Shown one piece after another: positions 52,932 through 60,405 of a stretch of DNA of 60,405 nt. The DNA is taken from sequence record SRR22947725_163, one strand, 5' to 3'. A program made the translations under genes and the position numbers. The notes under the pieces are model-generated. The model was given only the letters and a program-made list of their open reading frames with translations. It was not told where the DNA came from and made no database searches. Position 1 is the first letter of the stretch. The number at the start of each line of letters is the position of its first letter.

Positions 52932-53741
52932 ATGATTGTCTCTGAGCCAATCATCATGGGTGTTCTCAATGTAACACCCGACTCCTTTTCTGATGGTGGA
53001 AAGTTTTTCGATGCTAACTCAGCCATTGATCAGGCTTCATCAATGGTCCAGGAAGGTGCTGGCATTATTGATATTGGTGGTGAGTCGACAAGACCTGGTG
53101 CTAAAGCTGTCAGTGTCCAAGATGAGCTTAACCGCGTCATTCCGGTTATCGAAGCTCTAAAAGGAAAAATTAATGTCCCAATCTCGATTGATACCTCTAA
53201 GCCAGAGGTCATGGAGAGAGCTGTTGGAGCCGGCGCCAGTATTATCAATGATGTCAATGCACTTCGCGCTGACGGAGCCTTGGATATGGCTGCAAAACTT
53301 AAAACTGATGTATGCCTCATGCATATGCAGGGAAGTCCAAGAACGATGCAGAATAATCCTACTTATGAAGATGTAGTCAAGGATATAAAAGTATTCTTTA
53401 AGGAAAGAATTAATGCCTGCAAACTAGCCGGTATAGAGCTCAGTTCAATCTCATTAGATCCTGGATTTGGCTTTGGAAAGAACTTAGGTCATAATATAGC
53501 ATTGTTAAAGAATCTCTCAGAGTTTCATGAATTTGGCGTATCCATTCTTGCGGGACTCTCTAGAAAATCAATGATTGGAACCCTTTTGGGTGACAAAGAC
53601 GTTGACTCAAGAATGATTGGGAGCGTGACAGCAGCATTAATTGCTGTCGAAAATGGGGCTGATATTATAAGAGTCCACGATGTTGCAGAGACGAGTGATG
53701 CACTCAGAGTTTGGCAACAAATTAAGAATTTTAGGGGGTAA
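52932..53741 (+). CDS. folP: Dihydropteroate synthase
   Basis: [34 protein letters not shown] and RVHDV motifs. Confidence 0.97.
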   Translation: MIVSEPIIMGVLNVTPDSFSDGGKFFDANSAIDQASSMVQEGAGIIDIGGESTRPGAKAVSVQDELNRVIPVIEALKGKINVPISIDTSKPEVMERAVGAGASIINDVNALRADGALDMAAKLKTDVCLMHMQGSPRTMQNNPTYEDVVKDIKVFFKERINACKLAGIELSSISLDPGFGFGKNLGHNIALLKNLSEFHEFGVSILAGLSRKSMIGTLLGDKDVDSRMIGSVTAALIAVENGADIIRVHDVAETSDALRVWQQIKNFRG

Positions 53742-53743
53742 TT

Positions 53744-55072
53744 TTGAGTAATTTTTTTGGGACTGATGGGATTCGCGGTGAAGTTGGTAAGGCGCCGATC
53801 ACAGCCGACTTTTTACTAAAAGTGGGTTGGGCCGTAGGCTCTGTTTTAAGAGAGAGTGGAAGTGCGAGCGTCATTATTGGAAAGGATACCCGAGTTTCAG
53901 GCTATCTTTTTGAGTCAGCGCTCGAAGCTGGATTCTTATCTGCTGGCGTCAACGTCGGCATGCTTGGACCGATGCCCTCTCCTGCTATTGCGTACCTGAC
54001 GCAGGCATTCGGAGCAACAGTGGGCGTCGTTATCAGCGCATCTCACAACCCATACCACGATAATGGAGTAAAGTTCTTTTCTTCTAAAGGTGTCAAGCTG
54101 AGTGATGACATTCAAAAAGCAATCGAAAAGAAGCTTTCAATGCCAATGGTCAGCGTTAATTCAGCTACCATTGGAAAAGCAAAGCGCTATGGGCAAGCAG
54201 TCGGAAGGTACATCGAGTTTTGTAAGTCAACGTTTGATAAATCGTGCGACTTATCCAACTTAAAGATTGTGATTGATTGTGCCAATGGCGCAACTTACAA
54301 CATAGCTGAAGACGTTTTTACTGAGCTCGGCGCCACAGTAACAATGATTAATAATACGCCAGACGGTTACAACATAAATCGAGATTGCGGTGCAACCGAT
54401 ACGGTTCATCTCCAGCATGAGGTGTTAGAGAACAGTGCTGATCTGGGTATCGCTTTCGATGGTGATGGCGACAGGCTTATTATGGTTGATCATAAAGGTG
54501 AAAAGGTAGATGGAGATGAGTTAGTCTTTGTTATTGCGAGTGCCTGGAAAAAAAGAGGAGAGCTAACATCTAATACCGTTGTTGGAACTAAGATGACAAA
54601 TTTAGGGATGCGCAAAGCATTAACAGATAATGGAATGAACTTTATTGAGGCTGATGTGGGAGACAGACATGTCATGAAGCACTTAATTAAAAACAAAGCT
54701 ATTTTGGGCGGGGAAGGATCTGGCCACATTATCTGCTTGAATAAATCTATGTCGGGTGACGGCATCATAGCAGCACTTCAAATCCTAGAGATTGTTGCAA
54801 AATCTGGCCAATCACTTTTCAATCTCAAAAGCGAAATGACTAAATACCCTCAAGTTCTAATTAATATTAAAACTGAGAGTAAGGTCAATCTCAATGACTC
54901 AAAACTATTAGAGTTAATTGGCACTGTTGAGTCAAAGCTCACTGATAAGGGGCGTGTCTTAGTTAGAGAATCTGGAACTGAGCCTTTAGTTCGTATTATG
55001 GTTGAGTGTGCTGATAATACCCTGGCTACAGAATCTGCAAAACAAATATCGGAAGCAATTCAGTCAATGTAA
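53744..55072 (+). CDS. glmM: Phosphoglucosamine mutase (TTG start)
   Basis: [14 protein letters not shown] and DGDGDR motifs; ftsH-folP-glmM synteny. Confidence 0.96.
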   Translation: MSNFFGTDGIRGEVGKAPITADFLLKVGWAVGSVLRESGSASVIIGKDTRVSGYLFESALEAGFLSAGVNVGMLGPMPSPAIAYLTQAFGATVGVVISASHNPYHDNGVKFFSSKGVKLSDDIQKAIEKKLSMPMVSVNSATIGKAKRYGQAVGRYIEFCKSTFDKSCDLSNLKIVIDCANGATYNIAEDVFTELGATVTMINNTPDGYNINRDCGATDTVHLQHEVLENSADLGIAFDGDGDRLIMVDHKGEKVDGDELVFVIASAWKKRGELTSNTVVGTKMTNLGMRKALTDNGMNFIEADVGDRHVMKHLIKNKAILGGEGSGHIICLNKSMSGDGIIAALQILEIVAKSGQSLFNLKSEMTKYPQVLINIKTESKVNLNDSKLLELIGTVESKLTDKGRVLVRESGTEPLVRIMVECADNTLATESAKQISEAIQSM

Positions 55073-55115
55073 TTACAAAGTAATTACTATATTATATTTA
55101 GCATAATTTAAGATT

Positions 55116-55850
55116 ATGGTTTTCACTCCAGTTGACATAGTCATCATTTCACTCATCTTTATCTGGATTGGGTTTGTAAGGACTGGCCTTGGTTTTGGCG
55201 GCGCGGTTCTGGGACTGCCACTTTTAATGCTAGTTGGAGGGTCTCCAATAGACTGGCTACCCATTATTGGAATACATTTACTATTTTTTTCAGGAATTGC
55301 ACTTGCAAGATCACTAAAAAAGGTCGATTGGAGTTATTTAAAGAAGTCACTTCCATGGATTCTCCCTGCAAAAATTATTGGAGTTATAGGGCTAATAAGC
55401 CTTCCACCAACGGTAATGACAGTCATAGTTTATTCAATAACATCTTTTTATGCATTGACATGGATCATGAACTTTCAAATTGCCTCTCGTAGGGGCTGGG
55501 GCAGTCGATTACTGCTCATGCTTGGTGGTTACATCTCAGGAACATCACTAAACGGTGCGCCCTTATTAGTCGCTGTCTATATGCAAAATGTTGATGTCAA
55601 AAGGCTAAGAAATACTTTGTTTGTTCTATGGTTTTTACTGGTCACAATAAAGATGGGGGCTTTTTTGATGGTTGATGTATACATTAACTGGCAGTTTTCT
55701 TTGATGTTAATACCTGTCGCTGGACTTGGTCACTTTGTAGGACTCAAAGCACATGACCGAATCATTGAGAATGACACTCATTTTAAAAAATGGATGGGGA
55801 GTGTGCTAATTGTTATATGTATAGCAGGCTTGTCTAAAGCCCTCTTTTAA
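55116..55850 (+). CDS. TauE/SafE-family sulfite exporter
   Basis: GFVRTGLGFGG and GYISGTSLNGAP repeat motifs; about 8 TMs. Confidence 0.8.
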   Translation: MVFTPVDIVIISLIFIWIGFVRTGLGFGGAVLGLPLLMLVGGSPIDWLPIIGIHLLFFSGIALARSLKKVDWSYLKKSLPWILPAKIIGVIGLISLPPTVMTVIVYSITSFYALTWIMNFQIASRRGWGSRLLLMLGGYISGTSLNGAPLLVAVYMQNVDVKRLRNTLFVLWFLLVTIKMGAFLMVDVYINWQFSLMLIPVAGLGHFVGLKAHDRIIENDTHFKKWMGSVLIVICIAGLSKALF

Positions 55851-55854
55851 TAAG

Positions 55855-56331
55855 TTAGCTCCGAACGAGCTGCTCAAGTTTGTTTAATGGTATCTCAGTT
55901 GTACTTTTAATTTCTTCAATTGCAAAGTTGGAAGTCACCTTAAGATACTTAACTTTTTCAATTAAGTTTTTATAGAAATTGTCATAACTCTCTATGTCAC
56001 TCACAACGACTTTAAGAAGGTAATCAGTTTCACCACTCATACGATAACATTCAATGACCTCAGGAATTTCTCTAATGGTGTCAGCAAAAATACTGATTCT
56101 TTCTTGGTTATGGTTGGTTACAGTGACCCCAACCATCGCAGTGACATTAGAGCCGACCCTTCTTCGGTCAACCAAAGCAACCGTCTTGTTTATATAGCCA
56201 TTACTTTTAAGTTGGTTGATTCTTTTCCAGCAGGGCGTCGTTGATAAATGCACCTCAGAGGATAGCTCTTGGATTGTGAGTTCAGCATTATGCTGAAGTA
56301 GTTTTAATAGTTTAATATCGATTGCGTCCAT
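55855..56331 (-). CDS. Lrp/AsnC-family regulator (DecR-like)
   Basis: DAIDIKLL..LQ, LSTTPCWKRI and ECYRMSGETDYLLKV motifs. Confidence 0.9.
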   Translation of the reverse strand: MDAIDIKLLKLLQHNAELTIQELSSEVHLSTTPCWKRINQLKSNGYINKTVALVDRRRVGSNVTAMVGVTVTNHNQERISIFADTIREIPEVIECYRMSGETDYLLKVVVSDIESYDNFYKNLIEKVKYLKVTSNFAIEEIKSTTEIPLNKLEQLVRS

Positions 56332-56356
56332 AATGTTATCTAAAAAAGGTACAAAA

Positions 56357-56442
56357 TAAAATATTTTTCTTTTTAAATTATTTTATAAAGAAAAAAATTC
56401 TTTTTTAATTCTTTTAATTATTAAAAATAGAATATTTTACTA
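56357..56442. promoter_or_regulatory. Array of Lrp-type binding boxes
   Basis: TAGAATATTTTACTA (56428-56442) fits YAGHAWATTWTDCTR exactly; degenerate copies at 56357-56371 and 56388-56402. Confidence 0.5.
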
Positions 56443-56474
56443 TAATTTGACATACTATATTTAGTTTTAAAAAG

Positions 56475-58112
56475 ATGTATCAATACAGCGAACAGGATAA
56501 GCAGTTTTTAGTTGAGCGGGTCGACCAATTTGAAAAGCAATTAAAGCGGCACTTGTCTGGTGATCTAGATGAAGCCAAATTCAGAAGCTTAAGGCTTAGG
56601 AACGGTCTCTACATGGAACTCCACGCGCACATGCTAAGAATTGCTATACCCTATGGTATCTTGAGTTCGGATCAGCTCAGAGCGCTTGCTGATGTTGCTG
56701 ATAAGTATGACCGTGGCTTTGGACACTTTACAACGCGGCAAAATATTCAGTTCAATTGGATACAGCTCCCTGAGATTGCCAATTTGCTTCGTGATTTAAC
56801 AGATGCCGGTCTCCATGCAATCCAAACTAGCGGTAAAGCCACAAGAAATATCACTGCTGACCCTTTATCAGGTTTAACTGAAGGTGAGATTGAAGATGCA
56901 AGACCTTACTGTGAATTAATTAGACGATGGTTTAACCTGCATCCTGAATTTTCATGGCTGCCTGGTAAATTTAAAATTGCCATTAATGGCGCTAAGCTTG
57001 ATGAAACTGCATTAAGAATCCATGACCTGGGATTAAGACTAGTTCTAAATGAAAAGGGAGAACTAGGCTTTAGCGTTTTTGTAGGTGGCGGCTTAGGGGC
57101 AGCAGCCATGATCGCAGCTGAAACAGCATCCTTTGTTCCAGTTGTTGACATATTAAGTTACTTAGAATCATCACTAAGAATATACAATCTAAAGGGTCGC
57201 AGAGACCATCAAAAGAAACTTCGTATTAAGTTTCTAGTTCGAGAATTAGGTGCAGCTGAGTTTTCAAGACTGGTTGATGAAGACTGGCAACAAACCAAAG
57301 ATGATCCTGAACTGAAATTAAATCTAAACGAATTAGAAAGCTTAAAGAAAGATTTCGCCTTACCAATTAAGCCTATTAATCTTGATGATTTTAAAGATAA
57401 AGTCGACTTCAATTACGGTATTTGGAAGAAAAACAATGTCCGAAGCCACAAAATATCTGGCCACAGCATCGTCAATATCTCTCTTACCAAGCTGGGTACT
57501 GCCCCAGGTGATGCAACATCAGAACAGATGAGAATTCTTGCAACATTTGCTGATCAGTTCAGCTCGGGAGAGATTAGGACAACCAAAAGACAAACTATTG
57601 TGTTTCCTTTTGTTCGAAAAGACAAAGTATTCGACCTATGGAAATCATTAGAGCAGTATGATCTCTCAAGTCCTCACCAAGGGACACTGGCTCAGATTGT
57701 TGCCTGCCCTGGAAGGGATTACTGTGATTTAGCAAAGGCGGTCTCTATCCCAATAGCTACAAGGGTTCAAGAGCGATTCAATGATATGAATAGGTTACTT
57801 GATATTGGAGATTTAAAGATCAATATTTCTGGCTGTGAGAATTCATGTGCGCATCACCATATCGCTGATATTGGACTTTTAGGTATGCAAAAAAATGGTG
57901 AAGAGTACTATCAAATTACTTTGGCAGGAGAAACACTTCATGAGACTAACATTGGTAAAAAGTTAGGACCATCTGTAAGCGGAGAAACAATTGTTGATGC
58001 CGTTGAAGACATCGTCAATGTATACATAGACAACCGTCAGCAGGAAGAAAAATTTACTGATGTTTTTAAGCGCATCGGTATAACACCCTTTAAGGAGAAG
58101 GTCTATGGATGA
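56475..58112 (+). CDS. cysI: Siroheme sulfite reductase hemoprotein (monomeric CysI type)
   Basis: RLRNGLY, TTRQNIQ, CPGRDYC and NISGCENSC motifs; DUF934 and fpr downstream. Confidence 0.88.
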   Translation: MYQYSEQDKQFLVERVDQFEKQLKRHLSGDLDEAKFRSLRLRNGLYMELHAHMLRIAIPYGILSSDQLRALADVADKYDRGFGHFTTRQNIQFNWIQLPEIANLLRDLTDAGLHAIQTSGKATRNITADPLSGLTEGEIEDARPYCELIRRWFNLHPEFSWLPGKFKIAINGAKLDETALRIHDLGLRLVLNEKGELGFSVFVGGGLGAAAMIAAETASFVPVVDILSYLESSLRIYNLKGRRDHQKKLRIKFLVRELGAAEFSRLVDEDWQQTKDDPELKLNLNELESLKKDFALPIKPINLDDFKDKVDFNYGIWKKNNVRSHKISGHSIVNISLTKLGTAPGDATSEQMRILATFADQFSSGEIRTTKRQTIVFPFVRKDKVFDLWKSLEQYDLSSPHQGTLAQIVACPGRDYCDLAKAVSIPIATRVQERFNDMNRLLDIGDLKINISGCENSCAHHHIADIGLLGMQKNGEEYYQITLAGETLHETNIGKKLGPSVSGETIVDAVEDIVNVYIDNRQQEEKFTDVFKRIGITPFKEKVYG

Positions 58113-58545
58113 AATAAGAAATCCTATCAGTCTCATTAATAAAGATTATGAAACGATAAACCTTGTTACATTTGAAGAGTGGCTCGAAGACAGCGACAAA
58201 TTATCCAGGCTTGGTGTTGGCCTAATATTAGATCCTTCGAATGATGTTGGATTAATAAAAGAAAGCCTTGACTCTATTGAATTAATTGCTTTAGATTTTA
58301 GAAACTTTGATGATGGAAGAGGCTACTCTCAAGCTTACTTTTTGAGCAAAAGGTGGAAGTTTAAAGGTGAGATTGTTGGCATCAATGCCCACCTTGATCA
58401 ACTTCAGTTTATGATCAGGTCAGGCATTACAAGTTACCAACTTCTCGAGTCCTATAAAGGTTTTAATGAGGAAGATTACTCTAGTGGATTCAGTATTTGC
58501 TACCAGGCTGCAGCAAACAACAATGGCCTCAATTTAAAGTACTAA
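58105..58545 (+). CDS. DUF934-family sulfite reductase partner
   Basis: IALDF..FDDGRGYSQA and DQLQFMIRSG motifs. Confidence 0.82.
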   Translation: MDEIRNPISLINKDYETINLVTFEEWLEDSDKLSRLGVGLILDPSNDVGLIKESLDSIELIALDFRNFDDGRGYSQAYFLSKRWKFKGEIVGINAHLDQLQFMIRSGITSYQLLESYKGFNEEDYSSGFSICYQAAANNNGLNLKY

Positions 58546-58547
58546 CT

Positions 58548-58751
58548 ATGAAGGATAAGAAATCTAGATCTATAGGGAAATCAATCTCTTGGAGGATTCT
58601 GGCATCATGTGATACAGTTTTAATCTCATATCTAATTACAGGAAGTTTTGCTATTGCTGCATCAATAGGATCTATAGAGGTTTTGACTAAAATGATTCTA
58701 TATTACTTTCATGAAAGAGCTTGGAATGGATTAGCATTTGGTAGAAATTAA
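58548..58751 (+). CDS. DUF2061 small membrane protein
   Basis: RSIGKSISWR...YYFHERAW signature; start moved to ATG 58548. Confidence 0.82.
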   Translation: MKDKKSRSIGKSISWRILASCDTVLISYLITGSFAIAASIGSIEVLTKMILYYFHERAWNGLAFGRN

Positions 58752-58844
58752 TGTATCAATGCAGACTAATTTAAGATAACAATTTAAGAGTATAATAACA
58801 CCGTTTTTTTAACAGAAAATGTTGACAAATTAAGGAAAGAATTT

Positions 58845-59615
58845 ATGTCAGTAATGACCGAAAAAGTAACACATGTACACCACTGGAATGATAACTTATT
58901 TAGTTTTCGAACTACAAGAGATCCAGGCTATAGATTTAAAAATGGTCATTTCACAATGATTGGTCTTCCATCGGATGATCGCCCTTTAATGAGAGCTTAT
59001 AGCATTACAAGCTCTAATCATGAGGAAGAACTGGAATTCTTCAGCATTAAAGTTCAGGATGGAGCACTCACCTCAAAGCTACAAAACCTTCAAGTAGGTG
59101 ATGAGGTTCTAGTTGGAAAACGCTCAACAGGAACATTGGTTCCCGATAATATGCTGCCTGGGCGCTACCTCTATTTATTAGCTACTGGCACTGGACTGGC
59201 TCCCTTTATGAGCATCATAAAGGACCCAGAAATTTATGATCAATTTGAACGCATTATTTTGGCTCATGGTGTTCGTGAGGTTTCAGAGCTAGCTTACTCT
59301 GATTACATTGAAAATGTTCTTCCAAATGACGAATACTTGGGAGAAATGGTTCGTGAAAAACTCGTTTATTATCCAACTGTAACGCGTGAGCCTTTCAAGA
59401 ATAATGGACGTCTGACAACGCTTATGGAGTGTGGTAAGTTATTTTTAGATTTGGATCAGCCCCATCCTTCATTGGAAGATGATCGCTTTATGATGTGCGG
59501 CAGCCCAAGTATGCTTAAAGATTTAGTTGCCATTTTAGAGTCCAAGGGTTTTATTGAGGCCCGCAACATCAATCCAGGGCACTTTGTTATTGAGCGTGCC
59601 TTTGTTGAATCCTAG
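58845..59615 (+). CDS. fpr: Ferredoxin-NADP+ reductase
   Basis: RAYS, GTGLAPF, MCGSP and C-terminal ERAFVE motifs. Confidence 0.95.
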   Translation: MSVMTEKVTHVHHWNDNLFSFRTTRDPGYRFKNGHFTMIGLPSDDRPLMRAYSITSSNHEEELEFFSIKVQDGALTSKLQNLQVGDEVLVGKRSTGTLVPDNMLPGRYLYLLATGTGLAPFMSIIKDPEIYDQFERIILAHGVREVSELAYSDYIENVLPNDEYLGEMVREKLVYYPTVTREPFKNNGRLTTLMECGKLFLDLDQPHPSLEDDRFMMCGSPSMLKDLVAILESKGFIEARNINPGHFVIERAFVES

Positions 59616-59743
59616 ATTTTAATTAGCCTTTCAGTCTTTTCACTCGCAACTACTAAACGTCTCTAACGGCAAAGCCAGTTGCGGCTTTTCATTCATAGCG
59701 AACGAAAAATGTTAACTATATTTAGTTTAAAATTACTAAATAT

Positions 59744-60405
59744 ATGAATGAGAATTTTTTAGTCCTTTTGGGCTTAGCAAACACCGCAAAAGCTGAAGGA
59801 AAATCTTTAGTAGGGCAAATAGATGCAGTCTTACCTCAGACGCAATGTACCCAGTGTGACTTTGATGGATGTAAGCCGTATGCTGAAGCAATTGCAGTGG
59901 GAGTGGCTAAAATAAATCAGTGTCCACCTGGGGGTCAGGATGGAGTTGACGCTCTTGCAGAGCTTCTAGGACGTGAAACGCTGCCATTGAATGAAGCTCA
60001 TGGAGAAACAAAACCGAGGCGAATAGCTTTGGTCGATGAAAAAGTCTGTATAGGATGTACTCTCTGCATACAGGCTTGTCCAGTAGATGCTTTTGTAGGT
60101 TCGTCAAAGGTTATGACGCAGGTGATTGCAGAAGAATGTACTGGCTGCGATTTATGCCTGCCTGTTTGTCCAGTTGACTGTATAGATATGATTGAGTCTA
60201 ACCCAATTGAACGAGGAAATAACATCCTGCAGAATGAAACTTTAAACATTAGGCAAGATCAAGAGAGGGCAATCAGAGACAATTGGAGAAACAGGTTTGA
60301 GTTTCATCAATCTCGTATAGAGAGAAGCAAGCGTGAAAGAGATGAGCTATTAAAATCAAAAATGATTGCCTTAAAAGAAAAAATGGCAAAAGATAAGGCC
60401 CAAAA
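59744..60405 (+). CDS. rnfB: RnfB/RsxB-like polyferredoxin, 3'-truncated (absent from the ORF track)
   Basis: Hand translation from ATG 59744: LPQTQCTQC...C..YA...[37 protein letters not shown]; no stop before the window end. Confidence 0.88.
   Translation, partial: MNENFLVLLGLANTAKAEGKSLVGQIDAVLPQTQCTQCDFDGCKPYAEAIAVGVAKINQCPPGGQDGVDALAELLGRETLPLNEAHGETKPRRIALVDEKVCIGCTLCIQACPVDAFVGSSKVMTQVIAEECTGCDLCLPVCPVDCIDMIESNPIERGNNILQNETLNIRQDQERAIRDNWRNRFEFHQSRIERSKRERDELLKSKMIALKEKMAKDKAQ

Noticed and set aside
59640-59696. Minus-strand 18-aa ORF (MNEKPQLALPLETFSSCE) and a cobalamin-riboswitch-like GCCGCAACTG
   Set aside because: The ORF has no RBS or distinctive features. The other B12-element motifs are missing and there is no downstream gene on that strand.

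Overview
AT-rich, gene-dense chromosomal segment of a streamlined marine gammaproteobacterium. Gene content suggests the SUP05/Thioglobaceae (Pseudothioglobus-like) group, which is an inference. The first ~46 kb is mostly catabolic: (1) a ureohydrolase / phage-like lectin-fold protein / ALDH / CoA-transferase / HMG-CoA-lyase-like operon; (2) a betaine/dimethylglycine demethylation pair; (3) a 15-kb inositol cluster with duplicated iolB/iolC/dehydrogenase genes and an embedded Fe/2OG dioxygenase; (4) a GMC oxidoreductase, a TRAP transporter and a DHPS/sulfolactate operon (suyAB-hpsNOP-GntR); (5) pckA and several orphan genes. The rest holds tmRNA (ssrA), tyrS, proA, holA, ftsH-folP-glmM, a TauE exporter, an Lrp regulator divergent from a sulfite reductase module (cysI-DUF934-DUF2061-fpr), and a truncated rnfB. 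I saw no CRISPR array, transposase, integrase, reverse transcriptase, rRNA or tRNA. The most unusual observations are the lectin-like gene coupled into a catabolic operon, a shared operator linking the TRAP and DHPS genes, a HAD protein lacking its catalytic Asp, an unannotated 26-aa membrane peptide, and several structured intergenic elements. All product calls come from motif recognition, not database searches.
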